Shown here piece by piece: positions 56,673-64,000 of a DNA stretch of 64,000 bases. This DNA is from a virus. The notes beneath the pieces were generated by a model that saw only the letters and a list, made by a program, of their open reading frames with translations, was not told where the DNA came from and did not search any database. Made by a program: the position numbers and the translations under genes. Numbering within the stretch: the stretch's first letter is position 1; the number at the start of each line of letters is the position of its first letter. Where the stretch lies: IMG/VR virus record IMGVR_UViG_3300025875_000008, positions 12,538 to 76,537 of that record. The stretch is one strand, 5' to 3'.

Positions 56673-57113
56673 ATGTCAAAGATTACCCATGCCGTCAGGG
56701 CCGCCGCAATCGCGGTCGCCTCGTTGGCGTTGACTCTCACAGTCGCGGTCGCGGCACCTACGGGTGCGAGCGCAGTCACGATGAAGAACTGGGAACGTAA
56801 CTCGGGTGGTTCCTACACGGGCGCCATATACCACTGCGCTAAGGATGGACGGATCACTGGTCGTGCGCTGGTAGTGGAGCGTGGCAACAGGGGCACGATT
56901 CGTTGCAAGTTCAGCAGCAAAGACAAGCCATACGGCATCAAGGTGTGGCAGCCCAAGAACAGTTGCTTGACCGTTCAGTACTACTACGGCCCCGGCGCGT
57001 GGGTCACGAAGTACCGGTACAGCGCCAAGCGTTACGGTCGTGACGTGTGGGTCAAGAAGGGTTCGTACGGCGGAACGCACCGCACCAAAATCGTTCGCTG
57101 TAAGGTGCGTTGA
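56673..57113 (+). CDS. secreted cationic protein with 4 Cys
   Basis: AGGAG RBS; Sec-type signal ending ASA; Lys/Arg/Tyr-rich mature part. Confidence 0.75.
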   Translation: MSKITHAVRAAAIAVASLALTLTVAVAAPTGASAVTMKNWERNSGGSYTGAIYHCAKDGRITGRALVVERGNRGTIRCKFSSKDKPYGIKVWQPKNSCLTVQYYYGPGAWVTKYRYSAKRYGRDVWVKKGSYGGTHRTKIVRCKVR

Positions 57114-57352
57114 TGGCTGAACTGACACCCCTTCGCCCCCCGGCCACGCCTCGAGAGTTGGAGCTGGCTCAACAGTTGCGCGAGACGCAAATCGACTTCC
57201 ACCGCACAATCGCAATCCTGCTTGCCAAGTTGGGCGGCTCGGCGCACATCACGGCAGCCGAACTTGACGAGTGGGTTGGAACTTTCACTCGCACACCGGA
57301 CCCACACGGCAGCGGATTCACGTTGACCGTCGAACAGGAGGGCGGCACTTAG
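57110..57352 (+). CDS. hypothetical protein
   Basis: Coupled to the upstream gene. Confidence 0.6.
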   Translation: MMAELTPLRPPATPRELELAQQLRETQIDFHRTIAILLAKLGGSAHITAAELDEWVGTFTRTPDPHGSGFTLTVEQEGGT

Positions 57353-57378
57353 ACTGGCATGGACGCCTAAACGCACAT

Positions 57379-57409
57379 CACCCCCGCAAGCCTCACATTT
57401 GCGGGGGTG
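57379..57409. terminator. bidirectional terminator
   Basis: CACCCCCGCAA/TTGCGGGGGTG stem between convergent genes. Confidence 0.7.
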
Positions 57410-57423
57410 CTGTTTGTGCGGGT

Positions 57424-57792
57424 TCAGGCGACGTTCACGCCGTCCATCGGCTGCGACGGTTCACCGTCAATCGCCGGCCAACCTTCGTCGTCGTCCACGC
57501 GCATCTTCCCCAGCCACAGCGCACTCTTGCGCTGCTCCTCAGTCAACCAACCCGTAGCCTCATGATGCCCCAGGTCAAGATGCGCAACAGCTTGAGCTGC
57601 AACCAACGGAATGTTCGGGCACTCCTCGTTGATGACGATCCGTTTCGCCCGCCTCATCACCACTTTTTCAGGCATCGTCTCGCCGATCCTGATGTCGATC
57701 TTCCTCACCACCAGCCGCCAATCCGGCCAGCGACGCGCCGCATCCTTGAAGGCGTCATACTTCTCGATCAACCGTTTGCTGCTCAACCGCAT
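57424..57792 (-). CDS. ImmA/IrrE-like protein with degenerate zincin motif
   Basis: IVINE...AAQAVAHLDLGH...E..A; immediately downstream of the repressor. Confidence 0.5.
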   Translation of the reverse strand: MRLSSKRLIEKYDAFKDAARRWPDWRLVVRKIDIRIGETMPEKVVMRRAKRIVINEECPNIPLVAAQAVAHLDLGHHEATGWLTEEQRKSALWLGKMRVDDDEGWPAIDGEPSQPMDGVNVA

Positions 57793-58339
57793 CGTTGTCT
57801 CCCGGATCGGTGGCCGTCGTGTCACCAGGGTCAGACTGGTACACGTAGGTTCCCCTCGGCGTCGTGGTCTGAGCCTCGGGTCCGGTAGTTGTACCACTTG
57901 AAACGTCGGTGCTGCTAGATCCCTGTCCATCTGCTGTGTCGTCCTGCACCTTTGTGCTGTCAGACCGCTTCCGCTGTTTGAGCATCGTCCTGTACAGAAC
58001 TATGAGCAGTTCACGATCATCTGAATTCAGCGCACCAGCTTCGCTGATCGCTTCCACGACGCCGCCGCGTGTACTCGCCTGGATGGGGAACCCGAGCGCC
58101 TCGAAGTACGCGGACGCAACCCGCAGCTCGGGCACGTTCAACGCTGCCGACAGCATGCGGATCTGGTTGAGCGACACAGACTCTGGTGGCCGGCGCCTGA
58201 TCCGGTTCAAGTTGGATCGGGACACTTCGAAGCCTCGCACCCGGGCACGCTCGGCCAACTCCAAATCGGACCAATGCTCAACCGCCTTCACAGCCTCGAT
58301 GAGCACACCCACGGCGTGCAACGGTTCACTCACGGGCAC
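57755..58339 (-). CDS. immunity repressor (XRE HTH)
   Basis: WSDLELAERA...VSRSNLNRI...IRMLSAALNVP; divergent from the Cro-like gene. Confidence 0.85.
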   Translation of the reverse strand: MPVSEPLHAVGVLIEAVKAVEHWSDLELAERARVRGFEVSRSNLNRIRRRPPESVSLNQIRMLSAALNVPELRVASAYFEALGFPIQASTRGGVVEAISEAGALNSDDRELLIVLYRTMLKQRKRSDSTKVQDDTADGQGSSSTDVSSGTTTGPEAQTTTPRGTYVYQSDPGDTTATDPGDNDAVEQQTVDREV

Positions 58340-58379
58340 AAGTCTCCACTCAAGTTGTCACGGGCGCTAGGTGGACTGT

Positions 58380-58563
58380 CCACCAGCACTGTCGGGCAGT
58401 GCTAGCCCCAGTGTCCACCAGTTCTGTAAGTGTGTCACGCCTGTTGACGCGCAAGTTACGCCTGACTTGGGTGAACTTTCGGTGCAACGCTTGACAGTCC
58501 TGTCCACTTGGACTGACACTAGTTGCCAGGAAGACTGGACACCGGCCACCGCTAGGAGATACC
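58380..58563. promoter_or_regulatory. lysis/lysogeny switch region with operator-like sites
   Basis: TGTCAC-N5-TTGACG (58433-49), TTGACA 58491, CTGACA-N5-TGCCAG-N5-CTGGAC (58513-40). Confidence 0.7.
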
Positions 58564-58905
58564 GTGAGACGACAACTACAACGGGCACAGGGGCCTAGCA
58601 AAGGGGGGATTTGGATGCTCGTCAGGGATCCAAAGATCATCAAGAAGCTCATGCTCGTCCAGGACGTCACGCATCGGGAACTAGCGATCGCGGTCGGGTG
58701 GATGAGATGGGACGACAAGCAGCAGAAGTGGGTTGGGAACCACTCAATGGTTGGCAAGATTCTGGACAAGCGGTCAGTGACGCCGGAGAAGGCAGCCGCG
58801 ATCGCCAAGTTTTTTGGGGTTGGCGTGGATGACCTCTTTTTGGTCAGAAGTGACAGCGAAACTGTCACTAGTCGCCAGTACGGTAAGAACAAGACAACAG
58901 CATGA
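58564..58905 (+). CDS. Cro-like HTH protein
   Basis: AGGAG RBS; VTHRELAIAVG...AAAIAKFFGVGVDDLF. Confidence 0.8.
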   Translation: MRRQLQRAQGPSKGGIWMLVRDPKIIKKLMLVQDVTHRELAIAVGWMRWDDKQQKWVGNHSMVGKILDKRSVTPEKAAAIAKFFGVGVDDLFLVRSDSETVTSRQYGKNKTTA

Positions 58906-59072
58906 CTCTCACACCGGCACTTCTGGCCCGCGCCCAGCAGCTCGCAGCGGACGCGCCGGAACTGACAACTGAACAGCAGGAACGGCTACGGCGGATCCTC
59001 AGCCTGAGCCTCACAGACGGGGCGGCGAGCGGTGACGCACAACCTGCTCGCCGCCCGGGCAAAGCCGCTTAG
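58902..59072 (+). CDS. hypothetical protein
   Basis: ATGA-coupled; APELTTEQQERLRRIL. Confidence 0.6.
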   Translation: MTLTPALLARAQQLAADAPELTTEQQERLRRILSLSLTDGAASGDAQPARRPGKAA

Positions 59073-59140
59073 AAAAGCAGAGAGGCCCCCGAGCCGGACA
59101 AGCACCAGGGGCCTCGCATCTACTAACGAAAGAAGGATAC

Positions 59141-59359
59141 ATGAGCACACTCAAAGTCCAGTCGTACGCAGTGTTCAGCGACGACAACCAGATGTACGGC
59201 TACTTCGGCAGCATCGACGTCAACTTGTACAAAAACGAGGGCGACCCTGGGAAGTTTTACGCGGTCACTGCCAACGAAGACGGCGAGCAGGTGTCGGAGC
59301 ACTTCCCCACCATTGAGTCCGCGCAGGCTTGGATTGACAACCAGCAGGTGCAGGCATGA
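59141..59359 (+). CDS. hypothetical protein
   Basis: AAGGA RBS. Confidence 0.6.
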   Translation: MSTLKVQSYAVFSDDNQMYGYFGSIDVNLYKNEGDPGKFYAVTANEDGEQVSEHFPTIESAQAWIDNQQVQA

Positions 59360-59724
59360 ACACCACCCTCAACCACTCCTGGGTGCAGCACGACAACGAG
59401 TGGAACATGCTCGCCCACAACGGCGACATTCTTGGCACCGTGCTGGAAGAGCCGACCGGCTGCTTCTGTGTCATCAAGTGGTCGCAGTTCGATGACTGCG
59501 AAACAGACCTCGGCTACCACGACAACCTGACCGAAGCCCAGTTCGCGCTGTACCAGGAATGCCTGCTGGACGCGGCTGGCTGGGACCGGATCGCGGCGGA
59601 AGTGTTCGCCGGACGGCAGGACTTCACCGAGCCGAAGCCGAAGCTGAACGTGGTGCAGGTCATGTTCCTCACCCTCATCGCCGAAGTCGTTCTCATCTGG
59701 CTGACCGTTTGGGCGGTGCGCTGA
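59356..59724 (+). CDS. hypothetical protein with C-terminal TM
   Basis: Ends VVQVMFLTLIAEVVLIWLTVWAVR. Confidence 0.6.
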   Translation: MNTTLNHSWVQHDNEWNMLAHNGDILGTVLEEPTGCFCVIKWSQFDDCETDLGYHDNLTEAQFALYQECLLDAAGWDRIAAEVFAGRQDFTEPKPKLNVVQVMFLTLIAEVVLIWLTVWAVR

Positions 59725-59954
59725 TGTGGACCGACCCCCGCCTGGACATCGCCACTTGGACGCCACCGACCTTCGACCAGATGCTGCGGCTGCGCGAGCT
59801 GTCCGGTTTCGACGCTGACGCCCGCATGAACGCCGCCTGTAGCGCCTGCAATGACAGCGGGATCCGTGAGCAGGTCAGCCACAGCGGGCCGTTCCGAGTC
59901 GTGGTCGATATCGACTGCGAGTGCGGCGGCAACGGACTGAGGGCCGTCGCATGA
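59724..59954 (+). CDS. hypothetical protein with CxxC motifs
   Basis: CSACNDSG...CECGG. Confidence 0.55.
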   Translation: MWTDPRLDIATWTPPTFDQMLRLRELSGFDADARMNAACSACNDSGIREQVSHSGPFRVVVDIDCECGGNGLRAVA

Positions 59955-60121
59955 GTGCCGACCAGTTGCAAGCCGAACTGTTAGAGCTGCTTGAGGAGTG
60001 GCGGCAAACGTGTGGCGCAATGGGGTTGCCGTTCATGCTTGTGGACGCTGTTTCTTTCGCCGCTGAGGCTGACTACTTCGAACGCCTTGCAGCCACACAA
60101 GAATCAGGCGCCGTCGCATGA
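59951..60121 (+). CDS. hypothetical protein
   Basis: ATGA-coupled. Confidence 0.5.
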   Translation: MSADQLQAELLELLEEWRQTCGAMGLPFMLVDAVSFAAEADYFERLAATQESGAVA

Positions 60122-60282
60122 CCACCGACCAGGCCACCCACACCGTCACCATCCGCCACGCCTACACAGGCTCCGGTCGCATGGTCTACGCCTCTTGCAC
60201 ATGCGGTGAGAAGTCGGACCTGTGGCCGACCGTCATGACCCCGCACAACTGGCGCCTGAAGCACGAAAGGAAGCACGCATGA
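60118..60282 (+). CDS. small Zn-binding protein
   Basis: ASCTCG...HERKH. Confidence 0.5.
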   Translation: MTTDQATHTVTIRHAYTGSGRMVYASCTCGEKSDLWPTVMTPHNWRLKHERKHA

Positions 60283-60425
60283 GCGACTATTTGGACAAGC
60301 TGATCGCTGACGAGGCTCGCCGGGAGGCGAACAAGCGGGCCAAGTTTCAGCCGCGCAGGTACACGCCGAACAAGCCCGACACCGCCACCATGAAGCGGGT
60401 CACCGCAATGGACCCGTGGGTATGA
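60279..60425 (+). CDS. hypothetical protein
   Basis: ATGA-coupled. Confidence 0.5.
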   Translation: MSDYLDKLIADEARREANKRAKFQPRRYTPNKPDTATMKRVTAMDPWV

Positions 60426-61027
60426 CCGCACACATCATCGGCACCTGGGAACCGGGAAGCCCTGAGTGGTTGGCGGCTCGCCGGTTCCGCATCGGCGGGT
60501 CCGAGATCGGAACGGTGCTCGGGTTCAACCGGTTCGAGTCCCGCGCCGACTTGCTGGACGTCAAGCTGGGGCTGAAGCCGCCACGTCCGAACACTGAGGC
60601 AATGGACCGGGGCACACGGCTCGAGGAGGCCGTCGTCAACTGGTTCTGCGACACCCGCAACCTGACGCTGCTGCCTGACAGCAAAGCCACCTACGTCCAC
60701 GACGACCACGACTTCTTGCTGTTCAACCCTGACGGGCTGCTGTCTGACGGCACCTTGCTTGAGGTCAAAACAGCGAAGGTCAAGGACACCGACCACGGCT
60801 GGGGTCGCGCCAACACCGACCAAGTGCCGCTCACGTACGCGGCGCAGGTCCAGTGGGGAATGCACTGTCTTGACATCCGCATCGCGCACATCGCCGTCCT
60901 GTTCGGCGACCCGTTCGCGTTCCGCGCCTACCACATCAAGTACGACCCGACCATCGCCAACTACCTCGTGCAGCAGGGCGCAGAGTTCGCCGCCGCACTC
61001 ACCACCCACCAACAGAAAGCCGCCTGA
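60422..61027 (+). CDS. YqaJ-like exonuclease
   Basis: EWLAARRFRIGGSE, G..LE, NPDG, LEVKT, Y.AQVQW.M. Confidence 0.92.
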   Translation: MTAHIIGTWEPGSPEWLAARRFRIGGSEIGTVLGFNRFESRADLLDVKLGLKPPRPNTEAMDRGTRLEEAVVNWFCDTRNLTLLPDSKATYVHDDHDFLLFNPDGLLSDGTLLEVKTAKVKDTDHGWGRANTDQVPLTYAAQVQWGMHCLDIRIAHIAVLFGDPFAFRAYHIKYDPTIANYLVQQGAEFAAALTTHQQKAA

Positions 61028-61028
61028 C

Positions 61029-61931
61029 ATGACTCTCGCAATCAACGAAACCGCCGCACAGAACAGCCTGCCCGACAAGATCCGGTTCGCTCAGGCAATG
61101 GCCGACGCATCCCTGCTGCCGAAGGAGTACCGCCAGCAGCCGGCGAACGTCTTGGTGGCAATGGAGCTGGGTGACGCGCTCGGCATCGCCCCGATTGTTG
61201 CCATCAACGAGGTGAACGTCATCAACGGCAGCCCGTCCCTGTCCGCGTCCCTGATGGCAGCCCTCGCCCGCCAGGCAGGCCACAAGGTGCGTGTGACCGG
61301 TGACGCCAAGTCGGCGACTTGCACCATTGTCCGCGCCGACGACCCCGACTTCACCCACGAAGCCACCTGGGACGAGGCGAAAGCCAAGCAGGCAGGACTG
61401 TGGGGCAAAGGACACTGGGCGAAGGACGCCGGCACAATGCTCCGCTGGCGTGCGATCAGCGAGTGCGTCCGGTTCGCCTGCTCCGAAGTGCTGGGCGGCA
61501 TCAAGTACACGCCGGAGGAGTTGCGCGACTCGCAGCCCGTGGTGGCCGTGACGCAAATCCACGACACCCCTGAGCCTGCCGCCAAGCCGCCGTCGCTGGC
61601 AACCGCTGTGCAGTCACACAAGGCGATTCACGCAGCCGAGCCGGTGGACGACCCTGAGCCCGACTACCGCACCGACGCGCAGTCGCGGAAGATGTTCGCC
61701 ACCGCCCGGGACGCAGGTGTCAGCAACGACGAACTGAAGCCGTTCATGGCGTCCGTGCTGGGCCGCGAAGTTGAGTCGTCCAAGACGCTAACGAAGGCTG
61801 AGTGCGCCCGGGTGATCGAAGCCCTTGAGATGGCGAAGGCCGACCCGGAGTCGGGCGAGATGCCGATCGAAGCCGAGCTGGTGGACGACGAGGGCGGCTG
61901 GCCCACTGTTGCCACGGCAGGTGCCCGATGA
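61029..61931 (+). CDS. RecT-like single-strand annealing protein
   Basis: LLPKEY...PANVLVA...G..LGI.P, W...A..AGL, ML.WRAISEC.R..C.EVLGG; pairs with YqaJ. Confidence 0.82.
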   Translation: MTLAINETAAQNSLPDKIRFAQAMADASLLPKEYRQQPANVLVAMELGDALGIAPIVAINEVNVINGSPSLSASLMAALARQAGHKVRVTGDAKSATCTIVRADDPDFTHEATWDEAKAKQAGLWGKGHWAKDAGTMLRWRAISECVRFACSEVLGGIKYTPEELRDSQPVVAVTQIHDTPEPAAKPPSLATAVQSHKAIHAAEPVDDPEPDYRTDAQSRKMFATARDAGVSNDELKPFMASVLGREVESSKTLTKAECARVIEALEMAKADPESGEMPIEAELVDDEGGWPTVATAGAR

Positions 61932-62065
61932 CCACCCTCACCCGTTGCGGTTGCTGCGGCGACTCGAAGCGCACCCTCGGCAAGCATTGCCGCCGCTGCC
62001 AACGCGACCTGGACGACACCGCCCGGCAGTGGGCACGCGACCACGGGCAAAGGGAAGCGGCATGA
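61928..62065 (+). CDS. small Cys-rich protein
   Basis: CGCCG...HCRRC; coupled. Confidence 0.5.
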   Translation: MTTLTRCGCCGDSKRTLGKHCRRCQRDLDDTARQWARDHGQREAA

Positions 62066-62223
62066 AGTCGCTCGTTGTCGGCGTCTTCATCTTCTTCGCC
62101 GCCCGCGCTTGGTGCCGGATCGTGCGCCAAACCGACCGGATGCGCGACAACGCAGCCCGACGCAGGTTCGACAACAACTTCTGGGATCACGTCCGACGAG
62201 AGATGCGAGCCGACCATGAGTAA
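62062..62223 (+). CDS. paralog of 169-330
   Basis: MKSLVVGVFIFFAARAWCRIVRQTDRMRDNAARRRFDNNFWDHVRREMRADHE. Confidence 0.75.
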   Translation: MKSLVVGVFIFFAARAWCRIVRQTDRMRDNAARRRFDNNFWDHVRREMRADHE

Positions 62224-62545
62224 GTCCCGCGCCTACGACCCGCCGCAGTGGGCTGCCGCGAACCGAGCCAAACCCCGCCGCGCCACCTGGGACGACTTCG
62301 CACCCCCGCTTGAACAGCACCAGGACTGGCCCCCGGTGGACGGCGACCCGACCATCATCGCCGACCCGAAACTGTTAGCCCGCCTTACCGAACTGCACCG
62401 CATCGAAGCCAACACACCACCACCCGCACCACGCCGTGCAGGGCCAGCCGTGTTCGACCGCAGCAAGCAAAAAGCTGCGGAAGACGCACGCTGGAAAGCG
62501 TTCATGGAGGCCGACCGGGGCGACGACGACAGGTGGGCGTCGTGA
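62216..62545 (+). CDS. paralog of 609-896
   Basis: MSKSRAYDPPQW...AAEDARWK. Confidence 0.75.
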   Translation: MSKSRAYDPPQWAAANRAKPRRATWDDFAPPLEQHQDWPPVDGDPTIIADPKLLARLTELHRIEANTPPPAPRRAGPAVFDRSKQKAAEDARWKAFMEADRGDDDRWAS

Positions 62546-62775
62546 CCGAAGTCCGCATCCGCTTCGAAGGCGGGCCACTCCGCAACCGTGAACTCGTCGT
62601 GCCGCCCGGCTCGTACGGATCCAACGGGCAACCCATCCCACCCGCAACCGTGGCCGTGCCCGACGAACACGGTAAGACGCACCTATATATGCGCACCTGG
62701 CAGAAGGCGAACCGGCTGGACGACGCCTGGAAGTATCTGCCCAGTGGGGCGCCGATCAGCGGGTGGACGTCGTGA
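62542..62775 (+). CDS. hypothetical protein
   Basis: IRFEGGP...YMR; GTGA-coupled. Confidence 0.6.
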   Translation: MTEVRIRFEGGPLRNRELVVPPGSYGSNGQPIPPATVAVPDEHGKTHLYMRTWQKANRLDDAWKYLPSGAPISGWTS

Positions 62776-63209
62776 AGCCGGTGTCGTTCGTCGTGTGGGG
62801 CCATCCAGCCCCGCAAGGCAGCAAAAGGCACGTGGGTAACGGGGTCATGCTCGAGATGTCGAAGCGGTTGAAGCCGTGGCGTGAGGACGTGAAGCAGGCA
62901 GCCTTGGACGCGCACCCCGGCGATCCGTTCACCACCCCTGTGAACCTGCGCATCAAGTTCCTGTTCCTGCGCCCTAAGTCGCATTACCGCACCGGCAAGA
63001 ACGCGCACATGCTCCGCGACGACGCACCGAGCTGGAAGGGCAGTACGCCGGACCTCTCAAAGCTGATCAGGTCCAGCGAGGATGCCATCACATCAGCCGG
63101 CCTGTGGAAGGACGACAACCTCGTGGCTCGCGTGGTCGCCACCAAGCAGTACAGCGACACCGGGTTCCAGGGGGCAGAGATCACCATCGCGCCGGTCACC
63201 GACGACTGA
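62772..63209 (+). CDS. rusA: RusA Holliday junction resolvase
   Basis: PAPQGSKR, PDLSKLIRSSEDAIT...WKDDNLV. Confidence 0.9.
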   Translation: MKPVSFVVWGHPAPQGSKRHVGNGVMLEMSKRLKPWREDVKQAALDAHPGDPFTTPVNLRIKFLFLRPKSHYRTGKNAHMLRDDAPSWKGSTPDLSKLIRSSEDAITSAGLWKDDNLVARVVATKQYSDTGFQGAEITIAPVTDD

Positions 63210-63227
63210 GGGGCAGTGTGAATCTCG

Positions 63228-63284
63228 CTGACATTTGTTGCCAGATGTATTGACACGCACCCCAGGGTGCGCAATGATTGAACC
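63228..63284 (+). promoter_or_regulatory. promoter homologous to 1547-1603
   Basis: CTGACA-N5-TGCCAG-N5-TTGACA, 17-nt spacer containing CGCACCC/GGGTGCG, AATGAT, 6 nt, ATG. Confidence 0.72.
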
Positions 63285-63569
63285 ATGACCACAGCAGCGA
63301 TCGTCCTTGGGTATTTCATCGTCGGCGGCATCTTCGCTCGCCTTTGCCTTCCACGCCTTTGGCGCTGGTCAATAGACACGTGGAAAGACCAGTATCAGAG
63401 GGGCGCTGTATTCAGGACGGCAATGCTGCGAGCAATTTTGTGGCCCGTCATGATTCCTGTCGAACTGCTCCAACGAGCCATCGACAAGACCGACCCCGGT
63501 TTGCAAGACCGCATCATTGCCGACCAAAGGGAACGCATCCAGGAGTTGGAGAAGGACTTAGGTCTATGA
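63285..63569 (+). CDS. membrane protein
   Basis: N-terminal TM, AILWP, C-terminal coiled coil. Confidence 0.65.
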   Translation: MTTAAIVLGYFIVGGIFARLCLPRLWRWSIDTWKDQYQRGAVFRTAMLRAILWPVMIPVELLQRAIDKTDPGLQDRIIADQRERIQELEKDLGL

Positions 63570-63745
63570 CTAGCACCGACCTCATTTCCACCACTGAAGC
63601 TCGCGACATCCTCGGACTCAAGGAACGATCCTCTGTGCGACGCATGGTTGAACGCGGCGCGCTGACACCCATCTACAGCGGACGCGTGCTGCTGTTCAAC
63701 CGGGCCGACGTTGAGCGTCTAGCGAACGAAAGGAACACCCGATGA
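63566..63745 (+). CDS. small MerR/excisionase-type HTH protein, paralog of 1604-1783
   Basis: LISTTEARDILG...SSVRRMVERGALTPIYSGRVLLFNRADVERLA. Confidence 0.8.
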   Translation: MTSTDLISTTEARDILGLKERSSVRRMVERGALTPIYSGRVLLFNRADVERLANERNTR

Positions 63746-64000
63746 AATTCCTCGGACTCAAGCCGAAGTGGCAGCCGCCATCCGGTGAGTATTTGCCGCG
63801 AAAGTTCACACGCGTTTCCACCCCGAACAGGCTCAACCTAGGCGGCACGGAGATTTGGGACTTGAACGGCGTTGGTGATCTGGAAGCTGAACTCCCACCC
63901 GTGAAACATGAGTGCTACGTCCACACTCAAGGCGTCGTCAATTGGTTCACCGTCATCCATCGTTGCGCTTGCGGGGCGGTCTGCTACGACCACCGTCCTT
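63742..64000 (+). CDS. hypothetical protein (3' truncated)
   Basis: MKFLGLKPKW...CACGAVC; open to the window edge. Confidence 0.55.
   Translation, partial: MKFLGLKPKWQPPSGEYLPRKFTRVSTPNRLNLGGTEIWDLNGVGDLEAELPPVKHECYVHTQGVVNWFTVIHRCACGAVCYDHRP

Noticed and set aside
58850-58868. GTGACA-N7-TGTCAC inverted repeat
   Set aside because: Lies inside the Cro-like coding sequence and has a 7-nt rather than 5-nt spacer.
1-64000. CRISPR array, tRNA/rRNA, reverse transcriptase (DGR/retron), IS transposase
   Set aside because: No regularly spaced repeats, T-loop/cloverleaf, YxDD-type RT or DDE motif recognised by eye; a tRNAscan/HMM run would confirm.

Overview
The whole window is high-GC temperate siphovirus DNA with an actinobacterial host (WhiB, leaderless promoters, actinophage-type structural genes). 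No core bacterial genes, tRNA/rRNA, CRISPR array or reverse transcriptase were recognised. Gene order: early and replication genes (1-11.1 kb; Hjc-like resolvase, two DNA methyltransferases, WhiB, replication initiator, DnaB-type helicase); two tandem PhoD-like phosphatases, the first fused to FN3 and GH16 (11.5-16.8 kb); HNH, probable cos and terminase; head and tail (17.3-35.5 kb); a large tail-associated carbohydrate-enzyme block (beta-helix, PKD-GH81, FN3-GH26; 35.5-43.4 kb); lysis with an EEP-M15 fusion endolysin (43.4-47.2 kb); a conjugation-like cargo (origin-like hairpins, FtsK/TraB-like ATPase fused to a T5orf172 domain, transglycosylase+CHAP hydrolase, membrane proteins; 47.7-52.4 kb); a leftward accessory operon; a large serine integrase, repressor/Cro switch, YqaJ/RecT and RusA. 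The last 2 kb is a diverged, non-identical copy of the first 1.8 kb, which suggests tandem related prophages or a chimeric assembly of variants. Most notable: the TraB-like transfer module inside a complete phage, the GH16/GH81/GH26 set, and the PhoD pair with a twin-arginine peptide in frame upstream of the second copy behind a single UGA. All family calls come from motifs recognised by eye; no database search was run.
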